From assembly GCF_001194135.2 (NCBI RefSeq), contig NC_068988.1, forward strand, positions 79,741,423 to 79,792,528: a stretch of DNA of 51,106 bases, given 5' to 3'. This DNA is from Octopus bimaculoides (taxonomy: Eukaryota). The notes below the pieces were generated by a model. The model was not told where the DNA came from and made no database searches. It saw only the letters and a program-made list of their open reading frames with translations. Each line of letters starts with the position of its first letter. Within the stretch, counting starts at the first letter, position 1. A program made the translations under genes and the position numbers. Positions 22,271 through 35,149 of the stretch are shown piece after piece.

Positions 22271-24510
22271 CTGGTTTTGAGAAGCATAATTTCTCAAGAT
22301 TGGTATTTAAGCAGTGTGTTACATATCCGAGGGCCCCAATAATTACAGGTATAAACCTGAATTTGTGAGTTGGATAAAGTAACTGCAGAGTCCTAGCTAC
22401 AACATCATGTCTCATCGGTAGATAATACTGTGATGACATTTTCGGACAACTACTTATGATGTAGGTGATATCTTCGGTGTTAACTCCACAAAGTCTGCAT
22501 CGGTTGTCACATTTTACAGCTTTTCTTGCATCTCTATCCCTATTGTGCATCAGGTATTTGGTTGATGTTTCCTGTTCCTGGATTGCAAACGCATACTCTT
22601 CAAAGTGGGAAGTAGTAATCTGGCTATTGATCTATGATAGACTGCTTTGATGATCAATGTTACTATCATCTCGGATCTTTCTATTAACATATCTATGCAT
22701 AGTCTTCAGCTCATATAGGCTCATCCTTTCATCTGATGATACGTTGCGGTAGAGTCGTGAGACTTCTTTCGGCATGTATTTTAGGTTATCAGACAAGGAA
22801 TTTGGCTCAAGGAGCTGCCTTCCAAGTCTTATGATGTTAGCCTCATGTATGCAAACTTGGTCAAGTGATATACTTCGACACTTGGTGGTTAAAAGATATT
22901 GCCGAAGGGATATGATACGACATTCAAAGGCATTTCGGATCGATGTTTAGCGTCTACCGCCTTGTTTGCGTTTTAGGTAGAGGCAGCCAACGTCACTCTT
23001 TACGGTGGAAATTATGTGTGCTTGTTAGTATTTTTCGGGTTTTCATATCAATGGTTTGGATCTCATTAAGCGTCCAATCAAGCAGCCCAAATGCTGGTAT
23101 GAGCACTGGCTTTACAAACATTGCGGGCCACTGTTTTTTTGAAAGCAGAGACTTCTGAGGTCTAAATTATTCTTTCTTCGGCTGTAATATTCCTCAGTGA
23201 CACGTTTTTACAGGTGTAATTGTAAGATATGTTTTCCCCCTTTTCACAACCATATAACATTTATCCTGAGGAAACTCCCACCTACATCCTTTGAGAATGT
23301 TGTAACTAGGTCAAGGCTCTTTTTCATCTCATGCATATTCTTTGCATAAAGTTTTAAGTCATCTACAAAGAAACAGTGTGTAATTTTGATATTTCTGTTT
23401 CCTTGTGAACCAGTGTTATACCTTTCAGACCTTTACAGAAAGTATAAACAACATCACAGCGAGGCTGTCCCCTTGGATCATGCCTTTGCGATACTGTATT
23501 CTATCAGTGATAATACAGTCTCTCTTTGTGTTTAATTTCATGATACTCGCCCACAATGAAGTCATGCTCACTGGAACATGAACAAATTGAAGGGCTTCTT
23601 GCACCCACGAACGGGAAGCAAAGTCAAAGTCTTTCTTCTAGTTTAGCCACACTGAAATTAGGTTCCTTCTATGCTCTCGCACCTCTGACACAACAGTTTT
23701 GTTGATTAACAATTGCTTGGCACATTCCCTGACTCCCTTCTTCCCAGCTGCTTGTTCTGCTGTGAGGATGTTACTGGTTTCCCAATGGTCCTGGAGGAAG
23801 AGGTTTAAGCATGCCGTATATGTCTTACATATTAAGTTCTTGCAAGCAACTGGCCGGAAGTTTTTGTCATGTGGGTGGTTCTGCATTTGGGGATCAATTT
23901 TGTCTCTGCCAGAGCTAACCAGTGTGGTATGTTACTGTTTCCATTGAGAGAATGCTGGTACGGATTGATAAGATATGGTCGGTAGAAGGTTAGTTTCTTT
24001 TTTTTACCAATATCCAACAATCTAGTCTCTTCCAGGTGCTTTTTCGTTCTGGAGTTTCTGGATCACATTTGCAAGAGTTTCACCATCAATGTTGTATGTC
24101 TTGGGTGAAACGCAGGAGCAATAACTTCTTCAGTTTTCTTTCAGCCACAGATCATATTGGTTAAACTCCTTCTTTTCACTCCAGATTTTCCTCCAGAAGG
24201 ATTCTATGTTTTCTCATGAAGACACTTCTCTTCTCATGTCTCTGTATACTGCTACCTGGTTCCGGTTGAAGCTTTTCTTTATTGTTTTTCTCTCAGTTAT
24301 TCTCTTCTGATGTCGGAGATTTTCGTTGACAGCTTTTAGCTCCTGCTTGAGTTTGCAAGTGAGTGTCCTTTTGTTGTCTCCAAACATCATTTCTATCTCC
24401 TTCTTTAATTTCTGTTGGCGGGACGTAGACAGGCATTAATCTGCCAGAATGTGAATTCATCACACTGCTGTCAATAATCCATCACCAATTTCGTTAACAA
24501 CATTTAATAC
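22271..24510 (-). mobile_element. R4/Dong-like LINE (~2.2 kb), frameshifted; endonuclease core deleted
   Basis: NFRPVACKNLICKTYT...EQAAGKKGV..CAKQLLINK...RRNLISVWL, FFVDDLKLYA, CRLC...ED..IISSCPK...YYLPMRHDVVA (CCHC knuckle), FRFIPVIIGALGYV. Confidence 0.92.
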
Positions 24511-25066
24511 CGTATTTGGTGGTGGTGGTGGTGGTGGGGGGTTTAATACTTATTTTGGTAGAGAACACTCTCTTCTCGAGAGAGTACTCCAAAGCCAAAG
24601 TTATTTTTTCTCGGAAAATTTCAAGAAGGGTACATTTCACCGGTATACAATCCTGACTACCACTACTACTACAATAATCACTGCAGTGGTGCTTGCTATT
24701 TACCATAACAGTAGTAGGGAGACAGTAGTCAGTTACTTGAGCCATACTTGGTGTATGTATGAATGTTTCTTCTGTTTTTTTAATTATTATAAATCTTCCA
24801 CTGAGGAAGGAGCCAGTTTCCAACAAAGATACATGGCTCCATCTTTGGGATGGAGTTAACACAGATAAATTCAAATTTGGAACTTGAGAAAAGTCTTGTA
24901 TATTTTTACAGTTAAACTCATAGATTGCACTTGTAATGTACGAATTAGCCGGTCGATTTCTCTTTCTGAAAAACCCTTGTTTATCCAGATTCTCCTTTAA
25001 GCATTTACTAACAGCCCTACTGCTCCAATTATTATTGGTATGACGCACGCTCACACGTGCACACAC
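24494..25066 (-). other. Unassigned 190-codon open frame in non-repetitive DNA
   Basis: Long stop-free stretch in AT-rich DNA. The start lies in CA-repeat sequence, no domain is recognised and no good splice acceptor was found. Confidence 0.15.
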
Positions 25067-25450
25067 GAAGACTGATACTCACACGCATTAATACATACTA
25101 ACTTACACACTCAAACATACACTCACGCGCACACACACAGACACATACACACCGATTCGAGCACACACTCACACGCACATACGCTCTCTCTCACGCATTT
25201 ACACACACACACTCGCTCACACACATAGACACACACACACTGTCTGTTTCTCTCATGCACTCACTCACACACACATACACATGCACGTGTGCGTACACGC
25301 ACACGCTTCCACACACTCTCACACAAGGCATCGCTTATTGCTAACACTGATATTATCAATAACGTCATCTCTTGTTGACATTCGCACACGTACTCACTAG
25401 CGCGCGCTCTCGCACTCACACTCTCACACTCTCTCACACACACACGCACG

Positions 25451-25501
<51 letters not shown>

Positions 25502-25999
25502 NNNNNNNNNNNNNNNNNNNNNNNNNNNNNNNNNNNNNNNNNNNNNNNNNNNNNNNNNNNNNNNNNNNNNNNNNNNNNNNNNNNNNNNNNNNNNNNNNNN
25601 NNNNNNNNNNNNNNNNNNNNNNNNNNNNNNNNNNNNNNNNNNNNNNNNNNNNNNNNNNNNNNNNNNNNNNNNNNNNNNNNNNNNNNNNNNNNNNNNNNNN
25701 NNNNNNNNNNNNNNNNNNNNNNNNNNNNNNNNNNNNNNNNNNNNNNNNNNNNNNNNNNNNNNNNNNNNNNNNNNNNNNNNNNNNNNNNNNNNNNNNNNNN
25801 NNNNNNNNNNNNNNNNNNNNNNNNNNNNNNNNNNNNNNNNNNNNNNNNNNNNNNNNNNNNNNNNNNNNNNNNNNNNNNNNNNNNNNNNNNNNNNNNNNNN
25901 NNNNNNNNNNNNNNNNNNNNNNNNNNNNNNNNNNNNNNNNNNNNNNNNNNNNNNNNNNNNNNNNNNNNNNNNNNNNNNNNNNNNNNNNNNNNNNNNNNN

Positions 26000-26063
<64 letters not shown>

Positions 26064-26185
26064 TATCGGTGAAATAAGACACTGACACTCGAAATGACAA
26101 TACTATTACATGTCTGTTTCTTCATTATTTGACTGAATGAAAGTCATAAAGTTAGATTTTTTTAGTTATTGTTTTTACTAATTAA

Positions 26186-26400
26186 AAGGCGGCAAATTAA
26201 CAGAATCTTTACCACGCTAAGTAAAATGCTTGGCAGCATTTCATTCTTTTATATGCTCCGAATTCAAATTCTGGCAAGGTCGACTTTGCCTTTCACCCTG
26301 TTGGAGGTCGATAAAATAAGTACCAGTTAAGTACTGGGTCAATATAATCGACTAACCCCCACTCCCAACATTTCAGGTCCTGTCCCTATATATAATAGAC
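26186..26400 (+). mobile_element. SINE (32137-type tail)
   Basis: aaggcggcaaattaacagaa...gaattcaaattctggcaaggtcgactttgcctttca...taatcgactaacccc...tcaggtcctgtccct. Confidence 0.8.
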
Positions 26401-26783
26401 AGGGTTTATTTTTATACTATATGTAAGTGTATACTAAGTAATCATAAAATTTACATATTTATCTTTAATAAATTAATAGGTTATTGAATGTTTAATTACA
26501 TTAAATTATGGACTTAAATATTTTCTTGTTTTGTTGTGTCTGGGGAGAGTCATTTTCACTTTCTTGTTCCAGTTGTCATTTTGGGCAAAATTAAATACAT
26601 GACACGCGAGAGAAAGTTATACACTCCTCTGATAATGTTAATTCTATAAAATACATTGAATATATTCACATACATCTACATCTACATACAATATGTATGA
26701 ATGGATAGATGGATGCGTGCACGAGTTGTACTTTTAGGACTCATTTTGCAGAAAAATAGACATATGCAATAGCATTCTATTTC

Positions 26784-27106
<323 letters not shown>

Positions 27107-28087
27107 NNNNNNNNNNNNNNNNNNNNNNNNNNNNNNNNNNNNNNNNNNNNNNNNNNNNNNNNNNNNNNNNNNNNNNNNNNNNNNNNNNNNNNNNNNNNNN
27201 NNNNNNNNNNNNNNNNNNNNNNNNNNNNNNNNNNNNNNNNNNNNNNNNNNNNNNNNNNNNNNNNNNNNNNNNNNNNNNNNNNNNNNNNNNNNNNNNNNNN
27301 NNNNNNNNNNNNNNNNNNNNNNNNNNNNNNNNNNNNNNNNNNNNNNNNNNNNNNNNNNNNNNNNNNNNNNNNNNNNNNNNNNNNNNNNNNNNNNNNNNNN
27401 NNNNNNNNNNNNNNNNNNNNNNNNNNNNNNNNNNNNNNNNNNNNNNNNNNNNNNNNNNNNNNNNNNNNNNNNNNNNNNNNNNNNNNNNNNNNNNNNNNNN
27501 NNNNNNNNNNNNNNNNNNNNNNNNNNNNNNNNNNNNNNNNNNNNNNNNNNNNNNNNNNNNNNNNNNNNNNNNNNNNNNNNNNNNNNNNNNNNNNNNNNNN
27601 NNNNNNNNNNNNNNNNNNNNNNNNNNNNNNNNNNNNNNNNNNNNNNNNNNNNNNNNNNNNNNNNNNNNNNNNNNNNNNNNNNNNNNNNNNNNNNNNNNNN
27701 NNNNNNNNNNNNNNNNNNNNNNNNNNNNNNNNNNNNNNNNNNNNNNNNNNNNNNNNNNNNNNNNNNNNNNNNNNNNNNNNNNNNNNNNNNNNNNNNNNNN
27801 NNNNNNNNNNNNNNNNNNNNNNNNNNNNNNNNNNNNNNNNNNNNNNNNNNNNNNNNNNNNNNNNNNNNNNNNNNNNNNNNNNNNNNNNNNNNNNNNNNNN
27901 NNNNNNNNNNNNNNNNNNNNNNNNNNNNNNNNNNNNNNNNNNNNNNNNNNNNNNNNNNNNNNNNNNNNNNNNNNNNNNNNNNNNNNNNNNNNNNNNNNNN
28001 NNNNNNNNNNNNNNNNNNNNNNNNNNNNNNNNNNNNNNNNNNNNNNNNNNNNNNNNNNNNNNNNNNNNNNNNNNNNNNNNNNNNNNN

Positions 28088-28185
28088 CGGCAGCAGCGGC
28101 AGCAGCGGCAGCAGCGGCAGCAGCGGCAGCAGCGGCAGCAGCGGCAGCAGCGGCAGCAGCGGCAGCAGCGGCAGCAGCAACGGCA
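28088..28185. repeat. GC-rich 9-bp tandem repeat (CGGCAGCAG)n at a gap edge
   Basis: About 10 perfect units emerging from the 981-bp gap. Confidence 0.95.
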
Positions 28186-28689
28186 GAAGGAGACAACTTT
28201 TTGACTAATTACTTAATCGAGTTGTTTGATGGGCAAGTTCTTTCATCGCGATCTGCGACCTAATGATGCACAATTAAATACTTTTCTTCTGATACAAACA
28301 ATAAAAGAGTCAATTAGTTGGCAATTAAACTGATTTACAATAATTAAAAGTACTATAAATATTTCTCGTTTTGAGCTGTAGATTGTCTGCAAAGAAATTA
28401 TGTGTTATATTAGTATGTGCTGTTATTATAGACTCTCACACATAACCATGGATATTTGTGTAAGACATGACAGCCGCTACAGCAGAAGGTACTTATGTTA
28501 AGTGCAATGACCTTAGTAGCCATGTGTGGGGAACAGAACAGAATAGAAGGCCTTCTTGTATTCTAGCCATACAGTTACACGCTCTCTGTGTTACTTTCAT
28601 ATTACAGACACAACTTTATTTACCAAAAGTTGTTCTATAAATCCTAAACTAACTTCTGTCTATCTGTCATCTCACCAGTCACTATATTA

Positions 28690-28980
28690 TAGGATTCACT
28701 GGTTTTGAAGAAGCTAGTCGAAACTGTGAGGTGTTTGTAAGATTTATACTAGTTCCTCAACGGTTACGAGGGGATTTTGTTCCAGTAGGGTCTGCCGGAC
28801 GTCCATGGCGAGCTCTACAGATCTTCCAGGACGAGGCTTGTCTTCTAGGTTGTAGTTTCCGGTTCGGAATTTCTGGAACCACAGTTGAGACTGTTTTACG
28901 CTTATCGTCCGATCCCCATATATTCTGCATTAATATTCCTGAGACTTTCCGTTGCATTGTTGCCTTTATTGAACTCATAA
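28690..28980 (-). mobile_element. Possible N-terminal ORF fragment of a non-LTR element
   Basis: Basic, low-complexity frame (ORF 28757-28978, ...RARHGRPADPTGTKSPRNR*GTSINLTNTSQFRLASSKP) resembling LINE ORF N-termini. No catalytic motif. Confidence 0.3.
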
Positions 28981-29192
28981 AGCAAAATATGCAGAATATG
29001 CTGTGCTACTTTATAGCTTCGAAAAAAATAACTGTGTTAAAATCGAACTGCACTCTTCAAAACTTGCGCTTAGAATAAGTACAAGGAAAATTATTACCTG
29101 CTTTTATAGCAAGTTGATGGAAGTAGTTCATCCCGTCCCCCTCCGACTTTTAGTTCATGCAAGTGAAAAAACTGCATGACTTACGGGATGAC

Positions 29193-29249
<57 letters not shown>

Positions 29250-29589
29250 ATGTACACATATTCATCTATACAATCATATACGTACGTATACATATATACA
29301 TGCATACATACATATGCACAAAGATATACATACATTCATTGATGTGTATACATATATACATAGACGCAAACACAAACATCTATACATACATCTATACATA
29401 TCCATATCCATTCATGCATACGTCTTTACATAAATACATATATAAATACATATATGCATACATCATTACATTCATGCATACCTACATAAATACATACATA
29501 CATACATACATTCATACGAACTCAAAATGTATAGAATGCTCTTTACTGTGAAACTAGCTGACGTTGGATCGCGAGGATAAGTGGTTGCA

Positions 29590-29870
29590 TCAACCTGTCG
29601 GCTACTCGGGTAGTTGAGTATCAAAGGCCGCAGAAGAATTACAACAATCAAACGCTCGTCTGATGTTGCTGGAAAGAACTCAATGTGGATATGGGCGAAG
29701 AGAAATGACCAATGGACCTAGTTTATGGATTCCACTGATTATTTATAGGAAATATAAGGAAGAAGAGAACGGTTCGTTCGTCGGTCAGAATGGCCTGGTG
29801 GGCTGAAACACAGACCTGGAAACACAAGTTCACAAAAAGAATGACCCAGATTCAAATTCCGCTGAAGACG
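29590..29870 (+). mobile_element. Highly decayed RTE-like LINE 3' fragment
   Basis: Fragmentary WIWAKRNDQWT..WIP..RK pattern resembling RTE ORF ends. Confidence 0.3.
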
Positions 29871-32136
29871 GGATTTTAAAAAGCAGCAGCAGTCATGACC
29901 TGGTTTGACCCGGGAGTGGCAGGTATAAGGGCCGAAACACTTGTCCGATGGGAGTTCTTACTTTGAAGATCTCTCCTGCTGAGTGTGTTTATGCATGAAT
30001 ATATACGAAGTAAAGAGTTAGGAAGTTGCTTTTACTATCCTGAGGTCTCGTGTTCGATACCACTTCTCCAAGTATATTTTACCATGACCTGGGTTTGATA
30101 TATACCTGTAAATGAAAATGGGTTGACAGAATCTACAGAAGTCTTTTTCCTGGACTATTATCATTGTTATTCAAACATTTAGCTTTGTAATACTCGTGTC
30201 ATATTGATCCTGTTTGATGATTACGAACAGGATATAAACGTTTGCGGAATACCCACCCATCGATGATTCTGTTGATCTACTAAGATTCATTCATTGCTCT
30301 CACCCACGAAGTCTCCATTTACAGCAGCTTGTAAAACTAGAAACATAGTTACTAAAAATAGTTGTTTTTCTGTTTTTGACGAAATCCAGTTCACAATCCA
30401 AGACTACGAATCATTTCGAAAAATAACAGAAGCGAGTTCAACGAGGTAGGGTTACTCTGATTGTTTGCTTGCACTGTTTTTATTCGTTTCTCCTGAATTT
30501 TTAGGCAAATTGCCCTAACTTACTCAGAAATATCACTATAAATATTGTTTTGATGAGACATAATACAGTAAAAGTTCTCTGTGACCAAGCCCTCAGGTAT
30601 TCACTAGTTTATGCTTTTCGCTGTATCAACCCGTGGCTTTTACAAATGTATTTGACTATGCTGACTAGTTGCAACAGCGTGTTTTCACGTCATACCAACA
30701 TACACATATATGGAAGAATCCCACATTGTATTACGTCATCTTGGCATTTATTATCGTTCGAGATCTTATCTAATGGGTGTATCCCGCCATGTAGAAACCG
30801 AATTACCAGTAATTCCAGCCTCTATCTGAAATACACCAAATTATATATTAATCCCACAGCCTAGTTTCTTTCTATAGGTTTCTTCACGTATAGAAAGAAT
30901 CGATCTATAGTTCGGTTCGAGCCGATCTTTGAAAAGACACTTTTATATTGCTTGTGTGTGGTACGTAAGAAGGATATCACTACTAACTAATTAATCAAAT
31001 TCTTGGCTCTTGGAGCACTACTTAATATAAGAAGCAAAAGCTGAACTTGCATGACCTTTTTCAGGTTATCGTTATATTTAGAATGTGCCAGCAGTAGAAT
31101 GCCATAGTAAGTATTTCGCCGAATTCTGTATATCCTATAAACTGTTATCTTCAGTGGATCATCGTTTCTGCGTGAATATATAAATAGATTCTCTCTTCAT
31201 TATAACAAACATAAGCATGACAAATAATGTTGAATAATTGACATATTAATGTAAGTTGGCATTCAATGTTGGTGGTGTCGAAAGTAAAAACGTCAGTAAA
31301 CGTTTATGCAATGCAATCACAGTTCGACATTAATATAAATATACTGGAAGAACGACCTCCCCGCTCACTGTACGTAAATATTACGTCTTCTTCGGTGCCT
31401 GACTCTAAGCTATTTAAACTGCAGACAGAACCACTTTGCAACTCTCTTCCTACTTTATATACTCACACTAATTAATCATAGACCACGCTGACAGTTTCAT
31501 CCAGATGAGTCGATGTAATGCCGGTCTACGAACTGAATGGTTTACAGTTTTTACAACCTTTTTGGAGAACTTAATGTACATCTTTATTTTTTCTAAATAA
31601 ACCCATGATTTTAGCCTGGCAGTGACTATTAACCAAAGTGATTACCCTATAGCTGACACAAGCTTCCATGTTGTGACATGTATCACAAAACTAGTGTGAT
31701 GCTGTTGTTATATCACTTGACTGCCTACCTATCCAGTCTAATTGAATCGATATAGGTATTTATCTAGATACTCTCAAGTCTCTCAATCGTAGTCTCTTGC
31801 TTGAAGTCTAGGAAACACTTGAATCCGTTGCTTAAATTATTTCAAGTACATGAGCGGTATTGTATCACCCTAGAAGGATGTAATGCCAAGCTAACATCGG
31901 CGAAATATTAATAACGTAAAGGGCCTGAACTGAGTGCGCACAGTTTTTTTGTAAAACTTTCTGATTATACTGACAATCTACCACCTAAAATATATGGTAT
32001 AATTAATACTCTAATAATTAACACAAGGTAAACTAAATGTCACTTTTCTGTGGAGGAATCTTCAAATCAATGACTATTTTGTCACAAGAGCATGGACCAC
32101 TATGTCACTAGGAACTGCCCAGTAGTGTAACATAAT

Positions 32137-32344
32137 CTTTTCTACTCTAGGCACAACGCCCGAAATTTTGGGGGAGGAGGCCAGTCGATTAGATCGACTC
32201 CAGTAAGCAACTGGTGCTTAATTCATCGACCACGAAAGGCAAAGTTGACCTCTGCGGAATTTGAACTCAGAATGGTGGAGACAAACGAAAAACCGCTAAG
32301 CATTACGCCCGGCGTGCTGACGTTTCTGGCAGCTGGCCGCCTTA
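32137..32344 (-). mobile_element. SINE with 16-bp TSD
   Basis: Reverse complement of the family consensus; agtagtgtaacataat at 32121-32136 and 32345-32360. Confidence 0.92.
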
Positions 32345-32992
32345 AGTAGTGTAACATAATACATGAAGAATAGTTTAGAAAAGGTGTAGAATTGTACGTA
32401 ATGAATATTATAGAAATAATGTAGAACTGGATGTAAGGTGTACTGCAGAAATAGTAGTAATGAAGAATAGTGTAGAAACTGCGCAGAACGGTTGTTATAA
32501 AAGTTGAGTAGAAGTAGTCTGAAATGGTACATAAGGAATGTGTAGAAACATTGCTAGAAAACAATTAGGACATTTGAAATAATCAAGATTGAAGAATGAA
32601 CAGTATAATAATAATTCCTTGAGTTTTGATAATTTTATACGTCTTAAGAACAAAAGCAATCCAATATTTTGGGACTACTCCTTTATCCGCGAAATAGAAA
32701 ACATTTTATATTCTTCTCTGGCTCTCATATGAATACACTGACAAAGAACATCAGGGTTTTTTTCTCGTCACTCCAAAGAAATATATCCAAACTTATGAAT
32801 AACGTTGTATAATTTTCACCGACAGACCATCATCAGTTTTCTTGGACTCTCTTTGCTATGAAGAGGAAAGTATATGTAAGAAAAGTATTTCTTATTGAGA
32901 TGAATAAAAGTGGAACGTAGAGAGACCTTGGATGTGAAGGAGAAAATCAGACCCAAGTGCTGAAACTGACATAATAATTATTTCACCACCAG

Positions 32993-33023
32993 GGAAGATA
33001 GTGAAAACAAACTACATCAAACT
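32993..33023 (+). CDS. Candidate 31-nt micro-exon (phase 2 to 0; R-EDSENKLHQT) possibly upstream of the RAWUL exon
   Basis: ttatttcaccaccAG|g...caaact|GTAAGA. Phases match the short linker exon preceding the RAWUL exon in BMI1; no sequence homology. Confidence 0.25.
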
Positions 33024-33073
33024 GTAAGAAGAGAAAACTTCAGAATTGTTACTGCGTGCTATTAAACAGTAAA

Positions 33074-33258
33074 CATACATACATACATACATACATACAC
33101 ACACACATACATACATACATACATACATACATACGCATGCATACATACATACACACATAGATACATACATACATACATACATACACACATACATACATAC
33201 ATACATACATACATACATACATACATACATACATACATACACATGTACGTATGTATGT
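33074..33258. repeat. (TACA)n array flipping to (TATG)n at ~33243
   Basis: Direct reading: ...catacatac acatgtacgt atgtatgt. Confidence 0.95.
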
Positions 33259-34730
33259 CATTATTCAGTTTTATTTCAAGATTTTTTGCCAATAGAGAAC
33301 AAATCGGTTTCTAACCTAGATCCAAGGATCCTTCATTGGAATTGTAACATCAATAAAAGGGTATTTTTGTATGTATGTATATGTGCAGATTTGTATGTAT
33401 TCTCACGCATATAGTTGCATATCTAGACATGCTCATATATATTTAAATGATAAACTTCTGAAAAGTTTTACAGTTCCACTGATGGATTGGATCTGTAGTC
33501 TTCAAATTAGCTTTCTCCTTTCTAGTTTTGAGAAGCCTAATTTCTCAAGATTGGTATTTAGGCAGGGTGTTACATATCCCAGGGCCCCAATAATTACAGG
33601 TATAAACCTGAACTTCTAATCTGGATAGAGTAACTGCAGACTTCTCAATAGTTCAGCATAGGTGTTCTCTTTTCCACTGATTTTCAGCTTTGTGTTAACA
33701 TCAGCTGGGCAACTGATTTCTACAACTGTGCACAGTTTCTTTTCACTATCCCAAATCATAATATCAGGTCTGTTCTGCTTACATATTATTGAGGTCTTCG
33801 CTGGGACATTTCACCAGTATTCCTTTCTATTATGAGTGGGTTCTTATTTCTTTGTCTTCTGGCTTATCCTTCCGACGGATTTCATTATAGAGTGTCCTAG
33901 CTACAACATCATGTCTCATTGGTAGATAATACCGTGTAGATACTGATATATATCGACAAGGAGAGGGTTTAGCTATAGGTTCGCCATTATCACCGATAAT
34001 GACCAATATATACATGGAATACTGCGATATGATGATGACACCGTTATACTCTGGCTCCATCAGGAAGATGTCCAAGTACTGTTAGATCATGTGAACTCAA
34101 TAAAGCCACCCATACAGTTCATAATGGAAAAGGAAAAAGACAATCAGCTAGTATTCCTGGACGTATTAATAACACACACCAAGTATGGAGTCAAGCATCC
34201 GTATACCGCAAGCCGACCTTCACTTCAATTCCCACCATCCATACAGTGTAAAGAGAGGGATTGCTCAGTGTCTAAAACATCGTGCAAAGAATATAAGTTG
34301 CGATCGTGATACACACCACGAAGAAATGATCAAACTCAATAACAATCTATTAAGCATCAACTACCCCCAAAACATAGTATCCACTCCAATTATGAAGAAA
34401 ACGAGAGGATGAAACCAATAAACTCTCCACAGTCTGTCTACCCTATGTGAAAGGCTTCTCCGAAAAGATACAAAAGATATGCGGCCCATATGACATCAGA
34501 TACATTAGTATTTTTCGGGTTTTCACATCAATGGCTCGTATCTCATCAAGCGTCCAATGAAGCAGCCCAAATATTGGTATGAATACTGGCACTGCAAACA
34601 CATTGTGGGCCACTATTTTATTGAATGAAGAATGTTCTGAGGTCCGGATTTTCTATAGTCGGCTGTAATATTCCTTAGTGACGCGTGTTTTGTTACAAGT
34701 GTCATTGTAAGATATATTTTTATCCTCCCC
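33259..34730 (-). mobile_element. 5'-truncated R4/Dong-like LINE with probably intact 3' end, interrupted by a PLE fragment
   Basis: Homologous to the 22271-24510 copy (33520-33936 and 34505-34730). Keeps RPDIMIWD...VEISCPAD (restriction-like endonuclease), stop at ~33443-33445, and a 3' UTR with AATAAA ending in (ACAT)n. Confidence 0.88.
33937..34504 (+). mobile_element. Penelope-like element reverse transcriptase fragment
   Basis: IYRQGEGLAIGSPLSPIMTNIYME, LRYDDDT, VNSIKPPIQFIMEKEKDNQLVFLDV, YRKPT, LHFNSHHP..KRGI, LPYVKGFSEKI...YDIR: the PLE RT and thumb motifs in order. Confidence 0.92.
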
Positions 34731-35001
34731 TGTATGTATGTATGCATGCATGTATGTATGTATGTATGTATGTAGAGATAGCAAGGCAAAATAAAAGTTT
34801 ATCTTTCATGTATATTTTCTTTAATTTATAAGCAGCTGTTTATTAAATAATTTCTAGAAGACGAATTTTCTTCTCTCATTGAAACACATTGATTTATTTT
34901 GCAGCGGGCAACCTCCTGATGTGGACTTTGATCCTCTTTCAGATACTAGAAAGGTAAGATATATGCACACACAAACACGCACGCACGCACGCACACACAC
35001 A

Positions 35002-35069
<68 letters not shown>

Positions 35070-35149
35070 NNNNNNNNNNNNNNNNNNNNNNNNNNNNNNN
35101 NNNNNNNNNNNNNNNNNNNNNNNNNNNNNNNNNNNNNNNNNNNNNNNNN

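Noticed and set aside
30550-30964. 104-aa ORF and an 83/87-nt putative exon at 30878
   Set aside because: No recognisable homology and phases cannot be joined to neighbouring candidates.
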